This document shows positions 10,736 to 20,973 of a stretch of DNA of 64,000 nucleotides, one piece after another (position 1 is the first letter of the stretch; every line of letters begins with the position of its first letter). The stretch is from assembly GCA_027320085.1 (NCBI GenBank), contig DAHVLZ010000009.1, positions 265,017-329,016 on the forward strand, in the 5' to 3' direction. Origin of the DNA: Pseudomonadota bacterium. Its GTDB lineage: Bacteria > Pseudomonadota > Gammaproteobacteria > JAKAQQ01. Both the position numbers and the translations under genes were made by a program. The notes under the pieces are model-generated. The model searched no databases. It saw nothing but the letters and a program-made list of their open reading frames with translations, and had not been told where the DNA came from.

Positions 10736-10819
10736 TAAGCATGGCCCTCCGATTATTCAGGACTGACGTCCTGATATCTCAGGATAACACACGAAGAATG
10801 CTCCCACCCCCGTTGGAAC

Positions 10820-11446
10820 CTAGGGTGACCGGTGCCCATGACTACGCAGAACCCCCATCCTGATCAGCACAAGATCCACTCGACCCATGCCGTGTCTTGC
10901 CAAAAAGCTGATGAGAGTCCTTTTTTCCCGCTGGCAAGCAGGATCCCATGAGGCCCAGGTCTCGATAAAAACCCATTCGGGAGCCCGGGAATTCTTGTCG
11001 AGGGCGTGAAGCTGGTGAGGGAGGATCCAGTGCGTAAGTGGAGGCCCGGCGATCGGTCGAGGATCAGCCCAGACCCGGCTTAAGGCACCAACCAGATCCT
11101 TGTGGTCGCCTTCGAAACGGAACACCAGCTGTCGCTTCGCGTTGTAAACCCAGAGACTCGGGAAAACTAGCCCACCCTTCCCCATCAGATCCCTCAGGCG
11201 CTCTCCTCCGATTTGGATCTTCAATATCTGTGGTAGCGGACCCGCCAAGACAGGCGCCACCCCAATCAAGCCGACCATCAAAACTACATTCCGAAAACAA
11301 CATGAACGATGGCTTGTCATAATCCGGCAACACATCAGCCCGGAAAAGGGCCGGCACCACAGGGCCGTTTCCTGCTCACCCGCCCGGAATCTGCCCCAAG
11401 GGTCCGGGCTGACTCGCGAAATAGTTAGCGATATCGACCATCTCAC
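10820..11446 (-). CDS. Thioredoxin-fold (redoxin/TlpA-like) periplasmic protein, start uncertain
   Basis: It has an internal signal-like segment (VVLMVGLIGVAPVLAG) and a W-x-P-x-C segment (WASWDPACQ). It sits immediately downstream of cytochrome c4. The family assignment is weak. Confidence 0.35.
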   Translation of the reverse strand: MRWSISLTISRVSPDPWGRFRAGEQETALWCRPFSGLMCCRIMTSHRSCCFRNVVLMVGLIGVAPVLAGPLPQILKIQIGGERLRDLMGKGGLVFPSLWVYNAKRQLVFRFEGDHKDLVGALSRVWADPRPIAGPPLTHWILPHQLHALDKNSRAPEWVFIETWASWDPACQREKRTLISFLARHGMGRVDLVLIRMGVLRSHGHRSP

Positions 11447-12059
11447 GGTGGGTCAAGTTGGCCGCCATGGCGTTCATAATGGCGTTTTTCCGTTCTCCGG
11501 TTTTATATTCCTCGAGTGCACGGACCAAATAGGAGGGATACTGGCCCGCGAGATCCGGGAACTGGGGAGAAACAGACAAACCATGTTCCCCATGGCAGGC
11601 TGCACATGTGGTAATCAATTTGGCTCCGATCCCGGCCTTGGTACGACTGAACAGAGGCACCCGGGTTTTGATCTGGCCACGCAGGGATGCAAAATAGGCA
11701 GCAACGTCTCGCAGTTCAGGAACCGTCATACCGCGTGCCTGTGCCTTCATGGTGGGAAAATCCCTCTCACCTTTGCGGTAGTCCATCAAGGCCTCAAAGA
11801 GGTAGGCACGGTTTTGTCCCGCCACTTTTGGAATGTTGTAGAACGGGTAAGTTACTTCGAATCCCCTCATTCCATGGCAACCAATGCAGGTATAGGTCAG
11901 CATTTTGCCTTGCGCGATGTTCCGCGCTTGGTCATTAGCGGTCTTCGCTGAAACCAGAGGGGATGTGATTGCAAAACCAAAGAGGAAGACTACGATGCCA
12001 ACATTCGAACAAAGGTGCTTTACAAAATAACCGAATGGTTTCACATGATTCATTGGCAA
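11376..12059 (-). CDS. Diheme cytochrome c4
   Basis: There is a signal peptide plus two CXXCH heme-binding motifs (CIGCHG and CAACHG) in a ~200-aa mature protein. Confidence 0.85.
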   Translation of the reverse strand: MPMNHVKPFGYFVKHLCSNVGIVVFLFGFAITSPLVSAKTANDQARNIAQGKMLTYTCIGCHGMRGFEVTYPFYNIPKVAGQNRAYLFEALMDYRKGERDFPTMKAQARGMTVPELRDVAAYFASLRGQIKTRVPLFSRTKAGIGAKLITTCAACHGEHGLSVSPQFPDLAGQYPSYLVRALEEYKTGERKNAIMNAMAANLTHREMVDIANYFASQPGPLGQIPGG

Positions 12060-12216
12060 CAGTTGACCGTGAGCTGGCTGGCAGCATGTTATCAGATTTC
12101 GTTATCGGCCGTGACTTCATGTCACTCTCTTGCCCTCTCTTCAATCTCCAGACTGGTTTACTGCCCTAAGGTAGGTATTCGCAAAAGCCCTCCTTGGACC
12201 AGACGTCCAGGCAAGT

Positions 12217-13443
12217 TCAGGAAACCTTTCGCGACTCGCGCCCCAAGGCATTAAATACTTTCTGGATCCGGATGACCGCATCTTCTAGCTCAGGCGCCCC
12301 GATAACAAGGGGAGGGGCTAGGCGGATCACCGTATGATGGGTTTCCTTGGTCAGGATCCCTTCTTCAAGCAGCCTCTCACAAACGGTTCGAGCTCCCAAA
12401 TACTGGGGGTCAACTTCAATGCCGACAAAAAGACCACGACCGCGCACCGCTCGGATGAAAGGGCTCTCTAATTTTTCCAAGGAAGCTAGAAAATCACCTC
12501 CGAGATGGGCTGACCGCTCGACCAAGCCTTCGTCCTCTATGACCCGGAGTGCCTCAAATCCGACTGCGGCGGCCAATGGGCTGCCACCAAAGGTGCTGCC
12601 GTGGTCCCCAGGGCCGAAAACCTGCATCACCTCACGCCGCGACAAGAACAAAGACACTGGTAGCAGTCCGCCACCTAAAGCCTTCCCTAGGATCAGCGCA
12701 TCAGGTCGAACCTGCTCGTGCTCGCAAGCTAGGAAGTCCCCCGTGCGTCCGAGTCCGGTCTGTACTTCGTCCGCAATTAGGAGCACGTTTTGCTCCCGGC
12801 AGATAGCCGCGCACTGTGCCAAATATCCTTGAGGTGGGACGATGATCCCGCCCTCTCCCTGAATCGGTTCAACAAGAAACGCTGCCGTCTGGGGGGTGAT
12901 GGCATGCCGCAAGGCTTCGGAATCACCGTAAGGGATGACCTTGAGCCCCGCCGGGAAGGGACCAAAACCCTTCCGGTACTGCATCTCACTGGACAAGCCA
13001 ACTACAGTTATGCTGCGGCCATGGAAGTTGCCCCTGCAGGCTACGATTTCAGCTTGGCCTTCTGGCACTTTTTTGACCGTATATGCCCATTTGCGTGCAG
13101 CCTTGAGCGCGGTTTCGACTGCCTCTGTCCCGCTATTCATCGGCAACGCCTGCTCCATCCCGGTCATCTCACAGGCCTTTTCGAGGAAAGGCCCGAGGCG
13201 ATCGGAGTAAAACGCCCTCGAGGTCACTGCAAGTCGATTTGCCTGCTCAGTCAGCACCCGTACAAGACGCGGGTGACAATGTCCATGACTGACTGCGGAA
13301 TAGGCACTCATCATGTCGAGATAACGTCGGCCCTCGGTATCCCAGACGTACACCCCCGAACCGCGGCTCAAAACGACTGGCAGCGGATCGTAGTTATGGG
13401 CGCCATAGTGCTTCTCAGTCTCTTGGAAAATCGCCTGGTTCAT
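12217..13443 (-). CDS. rocD: Ornithine aminotransferase (class-III PLP aminotransferase)
   Basis: The N-terminus (YGAHNYDPLPVVLSRGSGVYVWDTEGRRYLDMMSAYSAVSHGHCHP) matches OAT. The class-III core and the PLP-lysine region are present. Confidence 0.8.
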   Translation of the reverse strand: MNQAIFQETEKHYGAHNYDPLPVVLSRGSGVYVWDTEGRRYLDMMSAYSAVSHGHCHPRLVRVLTEQANRLAVTSRAFYSDRLGPFLEKACEMTGMEQALPMNSGTEAVETALKAARKWAYTVKKVPEGQAEIVACRGNFHGRSITVVGLSSEMQYRKGFGPFPAGLKVIPYGDSEALRHAITPQTAAFLVEPIQGEGGIIVPPQGYLAQCAAICREQNVLLIADEVQTGLGRTGDFLACEHEQVRPDALILGKALGGGLLPVSLFLSRREVMQVFGPGDHGSTFGGSPLAAAVGFEALRVIEDEGLVERSAHLGGDFLASLEKLESPFIRAVRGRGLFVGIEVDPQYLGARTVCERLLEEGILTKETHHTVIRLAPPLVIGAPELEDAVIRIQKVFNALGRESRKVS

Positions 13444-13777
13444 GACGTCACCCTGAATTTCTGAATAATGTCCTTCTAGACGTTGAATATTCTATCCTAA
13501 ATCCGATGGATCTGCGGGATTCACCCATCCAGACTAACCTCTAGAAACCCCTTAAACTAGCCACGTCCGGGTGCAGCGTTAACCATCCCCGGCAGGGGGC
13601 TACCCATCTGTCAACTCTTGGGTCTACGGTAAAATAACGTCTCGGACCGAATGCGAACGCCCCCGGTGATCCGGGATCGCTCCCTCCAAGCTCTGGTCGC
13701 CCCAACCAGAACCGGCCGGAAGGGGTCTCGCTTGGGTTCAACTCTAAACCCGACTGCCTATCCTAAGGACATCTGAC

Positions 13778-14776
13778 ATGACCAAAGCCAAGAACCAACC
13801 TATCCGAATTGCTGTCACCGGCGCCGCTGGACATATCGGCTACGCACTTCTCTTCCGGTTGGCGGCAGGGGAACTTCTCGGCCAGGAGCAGCCCATCATC
13901 CTCCACCTGCTTGAAATTTCCCCGGCCCTGCCCGCACTGAACGGGGTAGCGATGGAACTCGCAGACTGCGCGTTCCCTCTCCTTCAGGATCTGGTGCTGA
14001 CAGACCAACCCGAAAAGGCTTTTGATGATGTGGACTACGCGTTCCTTGTGGGCTCTCGCCCACGCAGCCAGGGGATGGAAAGAAAAGACCTGCTCCGCGT
14101 CAACGCGGAGATTTTCAAGACCCAAGGACGTGCGCTCAACGATCGTGCTTCCCGTAGGGTCAGGGTCTTGGTCGTTGGTAACCCAGCAAATACCAACGCC
14201 ATGATTGCACGCGAGAATGCTCCTGACCTCGAAGATTCACAGTTCACCAGCATGATGCGCCTCGACCACAACCGGACACTGAGTCTGTTGGCGGAAGCCT
14301 GCCAAGCCAACGTCGGCGACATTCAGCGAGTCACCGTGTGGGGGAATCACTCTTCCACCCAGTTCCCGGACATTGAACAGTCACTCGTGCGGAACGAACA
14401 CGCAACTGCCAAAGTAGGTCCACGCTGGATAGAAGAAACCCTGATTCCCACTGTCCAACAGCGGGGTGCTGCAATTATCAAGGCAAGGGGAGCATCCTCA
14501 GCCGCATCAGCAGCATCAGCCGCTCTTGATCACATGCGCGACTGGGTCCATGGAACACCACCCGGATCCTGGGTCAGCATGGGGGTCGCCGCCTCTGGCC
14601 AGTATGGGATCGCACCGGGGGTATTTTTCGGCTTTCCTGTCGAATGCAACCAAGGCGAAATGAGGGTCGTCGATACCTTGCAGCTGTCGGAGTTTGCTCG
14701 TTCACGCATTCGTCTCACAGACCAGGAACTCAGGGAGGAACGGTCTGGAGTCCTTGACCTGCTCCCGCATCGGTAA
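13778..14776 (+). CDS. mdh: Malate dehydrogenase (NAD-dependent, cytosolic/Thermus type)
   Basis: The N-terminus reads [26 protein letters not shown], and the protein has the MDH2-type length and motifs. Confidence 0.9.
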   Translation: MTKAKNQPIRIAVTGAAGHIGYALLFRLAAGELLGQEQPIILHLLEISPALPALNGVAMELADCAFPLLQDLVLTDQPEKAFDDVDYAFLVGSRPRSQGMERKDLLRVNAEIFKTQGRALNDRASRRVRVLVVGNPANTNAMIARENAPDLEDSQFTSMMRLDHNRTLSLLAEACQANVGDIQRVTVWGNHSSTQFPDIEQSLVRNEHATAKVGPRWIEETLIPTVQQRGAAIIKARGASSAASAASAALDHMRDWVHGTPPGSWVSMGVAASGQYGIAPGVFFGFPVECNQGEMRVVDTLQLSEFARSRIRLTDQELREERSGVLDLLPHR

Positions 14777-15749
14777 GCAGCAGGATCTTGCCAAAGTGCG
14801 CTGGGTTATCGATCCGTTCATGGGCTTTTGCCACAGCAGCCAAAGAATAAACCGAGTCGATGACCGGTCTGAATTTTCCTGACTGAAGGAGAGGGAACAC
14901 GGAATGCTCAACTGACCGCGCAATACGTCCCTTGACCCCTGGACGCTGTGGCCGCAAGGTGGATCCCATGAGACTCAGGCGTTTGGAGAGAAGAACCGAC
15001 AGGTCGGCGGATATCCGGCTGCCCTGTCGGAAAGCCAGCTGGACCAGGCGTCCCCCAGTCGCGAGCAATGCCAGATTGTGCTCGAAATACGGTCCACCAA
15101 TCGTATCCAGAATAAGGTCATAACCCCCATTAGGTGCCCCCGCCATATGGAGTTCTTGCCAGCAGCCATCCTGGCGGTAGTCGACTACCTGTTCAGCTCC
15201 CAGATTCTGGAGACGAACCGCCTTTTCGGTTGACCCAGTGGTCGTTATGACGTGACAACCCAAGGCAGCGGCGAGTCCAACCGCAACGGTTCCGATTCCC
15301 CCACCACCTCCATGAACGAGCAACCACTCCCGTGAGCGAAGATGGGCTCTGAGACGCAGGTTATACCAGACCGTAAATACGGTTTCGGGTAGCGCTGCAG
15401 CCTCACAAGCCGCCAGCCATCCGGGGACTGGGAGGCACTGGGTCTCGGGAACCGATACGTATTCAGCATATCCTCCACCAGCGACAAGTGCACAAACCGG
15501 TTCTCCTGCACGGAATCTGCCACCCCTCAGTGCCGGCCGAACTACACGACCCATCACTTCGAGTCCGAGGATGTCCGTGGTTCCAACTGGTGGGGGATAA
15601 TGCCCCGCGCGTTGCAGAACATCCGGTCGGTTGACCCCGGCCATCCAGATTTCGACCAAGACTTCATCCGGGCGTGAGTTCGGGACCGACCGCATCCCCA
15701 AGGACAGGGCTTCCGGTCCACCCCGGGAAGGAGCCCAGACCGCTTTCAT
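14730..15749 (-). CDS. qor: NADPH:quinone oxidoreductase (MDR/zeta-crystallin family)
   Basis: The sequence MKAVW...GGPEAL is followed by a GxGxxG nucleotide-binding motif (GGGGIGT). I took the start at the MKAV Met. The 3' end overlaps mdh convergently by 47 nt. Confidence 0.8.
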   Translation of the reverse strand: MKAVWAPSRGGPEALSLGMRSVPNSRPDEVLVEIWMAGVNRPDVLQRAGHYPPPVGTTDILGLEVMGRVVRPALRGGRFRAGEPVCALVAGGGYAEYVSVPETQCLPVPGWLAACEAAALPETVFTVWYNLRLRAHLRSREWLLVHGGGGGIGTVAVGLAAALGCHVITTTGSTEKAVRLQNLGAEQVVDYRQDGCWQELHMAGAPNGGYDLILDTIGGPYFEHNLALLATGGRLVQLAFRQGSRISADLSVLLSKRLSLMGSTLRPQRPGVKGRIARSVEHSVFPLLQSGKFRPVIDSVYSLAAVAKAHERIDNPAHFGKILLLTDAGAGQGLQTVPP

Positions 15750-15907
15750 CAACTCCGGCAGGGATCGGTCTTGCATCAACCGCGGCATTCCTCCTGACTG
15801 AGGTTTTGAGAACCTGACCCGATAAACGGACCAAGAAAATCCACACACAATATAATACCCGGGGGACCTTCCTTTTCCTTTTTTACTGTCCCTGAAGGAG
15901 ACTGGCC

Positions 15908-18382
15908 ATGGCTGTTGGTCTAGCGGTCTGGATTCTGGTTTTACTGCTCGGACTTTTCTTTTCCGCCCTCGTTCGTATACAGCTATGGCTCACCAGCCTC
16001 GCCCTCGTCGTTTGGCTGGGGCTACTTACCCTGGTTTTTCACAACTCCACCGCCTACCTGATTGGCGGTGTTGGAGTGTTGTTGCTTGTTCTCATCAACC
16101 GGACACCAGTCCGGAAGCATCTACTCACACAACCCCTGTTTAGCTGGTATCGGAGGGTGCTACCGGAAATCTCCGAAACAGAAAAGGAAGCGCTTGCGGC
16201 TGGCACCGTATGGTGGGAAGGGGAGTTTTTCAGCGGTCGGCCGCGGTGGGCACGGCTACTCAACACGCCAAAACCGTCCCTTCGCGAGGAGGAGCGTCGT
16301 TTCATCGAGGGGCCAGTCGAAAAGCTATGTAGCATGCTGGACGATTGGAAGATCACCCATGAGTGGGCAGACTTGCCGCCGCCCGTCTGGGATTTCCTAA
16401 AATCTCAGGGATTTTTTGCTCTCATCATTCCACCAGCCTATGGAGGGCTCGGCTTCTCAAGCTATGCGCATTCCGAGATTCTCGTTAAAATTGGATCGCG
16501 CTCGACTACAGCGGCCTCCGTGGTAGCAGTTCCCAATTCGCTCGGGCCGGCGGAACTTCTCCTACACTACGGAACCCCAGAACAAAAATCGTATTACCTG
16601 CCGAGACTCGCCAGCGGAAAGGAAGTCCCTTGTTTTGCCCTGACGGGACCGTATGCCGGCTCCGACGCCAGTTCGATCCCGGACACCGGTATCGTCTGTC
16701 ATGGAAACTGGAAGGGTCAGTCCGTCTTGGGGATCCGACTCAACTTCGAGAAGCGCTACATCACCCTTGCACCGGTGGCAACACTTATCGGTCTAGCCTT
16801 CAAGCTCTATGATCCCGACCACCTACTTAGCGGCCGTGTTGACCGAGGCATCACCTGCGCCCTCTTGCCCCGGAACCTTGATGGACTGGAAATCGGGGAA
16901 CGGCACTTCCCACTCAATATTCCGTTCCAGAACGGACCCATCCGTGGACACAACGTCTTTATCCCCCTGGATCAGATCATCGGTGGGCCCCAGTTGATTG
17001 GCCAGGGTTGGCGCATGTTGATGGAAAACTTGGCTGCAGGCCGTTCCATATCCTTGCCCGCAAACGCAACCGGCGCAGCCAAGACAGCCGTATGGACGAC
17101 CGGAGCTTACGCTCGGATCCGGCGTCAGTTTCATATCCCAATTGGGCATTTCGAAGGTGTCCAAGAAATTTTGGCCCGAATGGGTGGTTTCCTCTATATC
17201 ATGGACGCCGCGCGCCGCATGACTGTCGCAGCCAACGATCTAGGAGAAATTCCAGCGGTCCCTTCTGCGATCGCCAAGTTTCACGTTACAGAGATGGGGC
17301 GTCAGCTGGCACTTGATGCCATGGATATCCAAGGAGGCAAAGGTATCGTTCTCGGCCCCAGAAACTGGATCGGTCGGGGGTTCCAGGCAGTACCGATCGC
17401 CATCACAGTTGAGGGTGCGAATCTGCTGACCCGCAATCTGATTATTTATGGCCAGGGCGCCATTCGCTGTCACCCGTACGTTCTCAAGGAAATGGAAGCC
17501 GCCCGCGAACCGGATGGGAAAAAGGCACTCACCCGCTTCGACCGACTGGTATGGGCCCACGCGGGACTATTCCTAAGCAATGCTATCCGAAGCTGGATCT
17601 TCGGATTCCGGGCTGCGCACATTGCCAAAAGTCCGGTTACGGGACCGACCAAGCGATTTTACCAGCACCTCGAACGCTATTGCGCATCCTTTGCTCTCCT
17701 GTCGGATGCCACGCTGCTCGCCCTAGGTGGCGATCTCAAACGGAAAGAACGCCTGTCCGCGCGCCTCGGTGATCTCCTCAGTTATCTCTACCTCGCCTCT
17801 GCCGTCCTTAAACGGTTCGAAGATGAAGGCCGGCCGGAGATTGACGTCCCTCTTGTCGAGTGGTCCTGCCGCTGGCTTATCTATCAGTTCCAAGAAAGAA
17901 CCCATGATTTTCTGAGGAACTTCCCGAATCGCACACTTGCACTATTTCTCAGGATGCTGGTCTTCCCAACGGGACGAACTTATTCTGCACCTTCCGACCA
18001 CCTATCCCGTGAAGTCGCGCACCTTCTCACCAGCATCAACGAAGCGAGAGATCGCCTCACCACGGGAATCAGCACCGCAGGTGATGCCGCACGCCCCTTG
18101 GTGCAACTTGAAGAAGCTCTCTCTCAAGTGGAGGCAGTGGAAGCGTTGGAACGGAAAATTCGGGCTGGCGGGGTACCACCCACACTGGCACAAACCGACG
18201 CCGACCGTGCCCGTTGGGCGCATGAGCAGGGACTCTTGACGGAAGCCGAATGGACAACTCTCGACCGCTTTTACCACTTGGTCTATGAAATCATCTCGGT
18301 TGATGCCTTCCCTCCCGATGCCTTGGGGACCCGACCGATTGATCGCCCTCATGAGACAACGGGCATGCCCGGCACAAACTAG
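15908..18382 (+). CDS. fadE: Acyl-CoA dehydrogenase, large FadE type
   Basis: An 824-aa protein with an N-terminal TM region, a central ACAD domain and a long C-terminal extension, as in E. coli FadE. Confidence 0.85.
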   Translation: MAVGLAVWILVLLLGLFFSALVRIQLWLTSLALVVWLGLLTLVFHNSTAYLIGGVGVLLLVLINRTPVRKHLLTQPLFSWYRRVLPEISETEKEALAAGTVWWEGEFFSGRPRWARLLNTPKPSLREEERRFIEGPVEKLCSMLDDWKITHEWADLPPPVWDFLKSQGFFALIIPPAYGGLGFSSYAHSEILVKIGSRSTTAASVVAVPNSLGPAELLLHYGTPEQKSYYLPRLASGKEVPCFALTGPYAGSDASSIPDTGIVCHGNWKGQSVLGIRLNFEKRYITLAPVATLIGLAFKLYDPDHLLSGRVDRGITCALLPRNLDGLEIGERHFPLNIPFQNGPIRGHNVFIPLDQIIGGPQLIGQGWRMLMENLAAGRSISLPANATGAAKTAVWTTGAYARIRRQFHIPIGHFEGVQEILARMGGFLYIMDAARRMTVAANDLGEIPAVPSAIAKFHVTEMGRQLALDAMDIQGGKGIVLGPRNWIGRGFQAVPIAITVEGANLLTRNLIIYGQGAIRCHPYVLKEMEAAREPDGKKALTRFDRLVWAHAGLFLSNAIRSWIFGFRAAHIAKSPVTGPTKRFYQHLERYCASFALLSDATLLALGGDLKRKERLSARLGDLLSYLYLASAVLKRFEDEGRPEIDVPLVEWSCRWLIYQFQERTHDFLRNFPNRTLALFLRMLVFPTGRTYSAPSDHLSREVAHLLTSINEARDRLTTGISTAGDAARPLVQLEEALSQVEAVEALERKIRAGGVPPTLAQTDADRARWAHEQGLLTEAEWTTLDRFYHLVYEIISVDAFPPDALGTRPIDRPHETTGMPGTN

Positions 18383-18462
18383 CTTGGATAACCGAGAAAC
18401 AACCAGCGCGGATCCTAGGAGCAACCTCAGAGAGCGATTTAGGATTGTGCCGGATCTGTGCC

Positions 18463-19083
18463 CTAGGAGTCAGCGTACTGAGTGCCCGGCTCAATCTTCC
18501 AATGCCAGCATGGTCTGACACCGGACGGAGAAGGGCATACCCTCCCCGGACATGCGGTGAGATGCCAGTGTTTGAGCTCTGGCCGTTTCTCAAGCAGGTA
18601 CCGCATCCCAGCTTGCCATGGTAAGGGAGCTGCCCGCCTGCGGATCGCACCCTCCGGGAACAGGCAAATAACCGTTTCTGACGGCGAGCGGAGCAGGCGC
18701 CTCAGTCCGAACGGGCTGCGCATGGATAATGCCAGGTAATCATGTCTCCAGAGTCCACACCAAAGACTAATCCAGCGAGACCAGAACCAAGTCCTGGCAA
18801 AATCAGGATGAACGGCAAAAATAGCTTTCCGCTCAAGCCAAATCGCAAGTAGCGGTCCATCCCAGTAACTCACATGATCAGCGGTCAACAAAATCGGCCC
18901 TGTGGATGGAAGATCACCTTCAATCTGGGGTCTTAGAAACAGCCGTAAAATGCCACGCAGGATGACCTTGGGAAAGCCCGGATTAATTACACCAATCCCG
19001 CGATCAAACACAGGACCACCCAGAGACCCAGAGACACCTTGAGTTTCTCGCAATCCCAGCTTGCGGATTGACCCTAAACCCAC
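18463..19083 (-). CDS. 1-acyl-sn-glycerol-3-phosphate acyltransferase family (PlsC-like)
   Basis: It contains the H-x4-D motif (ADHVSYWD) and the FPEG motif. Confidence 0.7.
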   Translation of the reverse strand: MGLGSIRKLGLRETQGVSGSLGGPVFDRGIGVINPGFPKVILRGILRLFLRPQIEGDLPSTGPILLTADHVSYWDGPLLAIWLERKAIFAVHPDFARTWFWSRWISLWCGLWRHDYLALSMRSPFGLRRLLRSPSETVICLFPEGAIRRRAAPLPWQAGMRYLLEKRPELKHWHLTACPGRVCPSPSGVRPCWHWKIEPGTQYADS

Positions 19084-19314
19084 TTAAATGAAGGGTTTTT
19101 AGTCCCCGGTGACCCCGAAATCCCGAACCCGGGCGCGTGAGCTCAGCAATAGCAATACTTGGGCTGAGAATCCAGATAGCCTCCTTTTTTCGATCCCGGG
19201 TGTCACAATAGGATTAAACTTTTATAACGCGAATCGGGTCCTACCAGAGCAGGCTATACTGGTCATCCTAGGGGACTTGGAAACGTTTAATTACCGTTTG
19301 AGATTTCCCAAGGG

Positions 19315-19929
19315 TTGGTTTTCGAGGTTTTCGTCATGATGAAGCTTTCGCGTTTCCTGATTTTGTTTGCAGGGCTCTTGCTCCTTGCCGGTTGTGTCTC
19401 TCCGGTCGGTGTAGAAACGTCACGGACCGCGCATTTTGCTGGTTTACAAGATTTTGCCTGGTTGAAATCGGGCAAAACCCCACTCAAGAACCCCATCGTC
19501 GATAGTGGTATCGTCTCCCATCGGATTAAGCAAGCGGTCATTGAAGCCTTGAGAAACAGAGGTTTTTCATACCGGAAACATCGCTCCCAAGCGCAGTTCC
19601 TCGTCACGGATCATCTGATCAGCCACAGGGAGATGGTTATGAACCCACCGCTCTTCTACGGCTACGGGTTCTATGGAGACCCCTTCTTCCCGGGCTATGA
19701 CGATGATGGGTTCTTTGGCCCCGGACCAATCGGATACGGCTATTTTGGACCCTACGGCTATGGCTACTCCTACCCCGTGGCAGTTTTGGTCATCGATGTC
19801 CTTGACGCCAAAAAACACCGGCTGATCTGGAGAGGATGGGTTACCCGCAGAATTAGTCAGTCCAACTTCTCGGCTGCTGCAATCTATCGGGATGTCAACC
19901 GCATTTTGGACCACTTCCCAGCCCGGTGA
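19315..19929 (+). CDS. Lipoprotein (DUF4136-like) with Gly/aromatic-rich low-complexity insert
   Basis: A lipobox is present (LLLLAGC). There is a central FYGYGFYGDPFFPGYDDDGFFGPGPIGYGYFGPYGYGYSYP tract. Confidence 0.6.
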   Translation: MVFEVFVMMKLSRFLILFAGLLLLAGCVSPVGVETSRTAHFAGLQDFAWLKSGKTPLKNPIVDSGIVSHRIKQAVIEALRNRGFSYRKHRSQAQFLVTDHLISHREMVMNPPLFYGYGFYGDPFFPGYDDDGFFGPGPIGYGYFGPYGYGYSYPVAVLVIDVLDAKKHRLIWRGWVTRRISQSNFSAAAIYRDVNRILDHFPAR

Positions 19930-20097
19930 AACCCGCCATCCGGTTCTTGAAAGACTTTGGGCCAGCACTGGAGCAATTTCCCCGAACTGGGAGCACCCCC
20001 TTGAAACGGGCAGGACAGCGCAGAATACGGCTGATCGCAGCATTACGATGAGACTCATGTCGGCCATCTTCCTCCACTCCCGCGCCGGGAGTGTGGG

Positions 20098-20961
20098 GTG
20101 AGTTCGCCTTACATTCCTTATTTCGGTCTGCGCGAGGAACCCTTCGGGATGACGCCCGACCCGCGCTTTCTTTTTTTGAGCCGGCAACACCAAGAGGGAC
20201 TTGCTCATCTTCTCTATGGTCTGACACAAGAAGGAGGTTTCGTCGAGCTATCAGGAGAAGTGGGAACCGGCAAAACGACCTTGGTTCGCCGCCTGCTTGA
20301 ACAATCACCTGCTGGCGTTGAAGTCGCGCTCATTTTGAATCCTAAGCAAACTCCCAAGGCCTTTACCCTGAATCTCCTGCGCGAACTCCGAGCAGACTTG
20401 AGCCCAAATGCAAGCCGCCTTGATCTCCCAACGCTGGTCGGGCTTGTATACCAGCAGTTGTTTTCAATTTACCGAAAGAGCCAACGGGCCATTCTGATTG
20501 TTGACGAGGCCCAAGCTCTCTCGGTCGAAACGCTGGAACAAATCCGACTTCTGACGAATCTCGAAACCTACCAAGAAAAACTCCTCCAAATTGTTCTCGT
20601 CGGCCAACCAGAAATTGACGAACTTCTAGATGGAGCAGCGCTCAGGCCCCTTCGAAACCGGATCACAGCACGCTTCCATCTAGGACCGCTGACTGCCCGT
20701 GAAACATCCGAGTACATCACCCATCGACTGGCAGTTGCCGGCTTGGCCTCGACTCTGTTCACTCCAAGCGCCACCCGCTTGATCCATCGCCATGCCCGCG
20801 GATTTCCCCGCACCATCAACATTTTGTGCTCCAGAGCCTTACTTGCAGCGTACGTCACGGGAGACCGCATAGTGGGGCGAAATTTGGTCCACCAAGCTGC
20901 CCGGGAACTTTCTGGTCGTTCTACGCCAAGGTTCTGGTCACGCTGGCTCCGCCCTTCCTAA
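20098..20961 (+). CDS. ExeA/GspA/MshM-like AAA ATPase (T2SS/T4P-associated)
   Basis: The N-terminus has the typical YFGLREEPFGMTPDPRFLFLS sequence and a Walker A motif (GEVGTGKTT). At 287 aa it is the ATPase module only, with no peptidoglycan-binding C-domain. Confidence 0.85.
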   Translation: MSSPYIPYFGLREEPFGMTPDPRFLFLSRQHQEGLAHLLYGLTQEGGFVELSGEVGTGKTTLVRRLLEQSPAGVEVALILNPKQTPKAFTLNLLRELRADLSPNASRLDLPTLVGLVYQQLFSIYRKSQRAILIVDEAQALSVETLEQIRLLTNLETYQEKLLQIVLVGQPEIDELLDGAALRPLRNRITARFHLGPLTARETSEYITHRLAVAGLASTLFTPSATRLIHRHARGFPRTINILCSRALLAAYVTGDRIVGRNLVHQAARELSGRSTPRFWSRWLRPS

Positions 20962-20973
20962 GGAATCGCCGAC

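Noticed and set aside
10286-10738. A plus-strand 150-aa ORF antisense to the His-rich exported protein gene
   Set aside because: It has no signal peptide or recognisable motifs. All flanking genes are minus-strand. The minus-strand ORF has a clean signal peptide. This is most likely a GC-rich antisense artefact.
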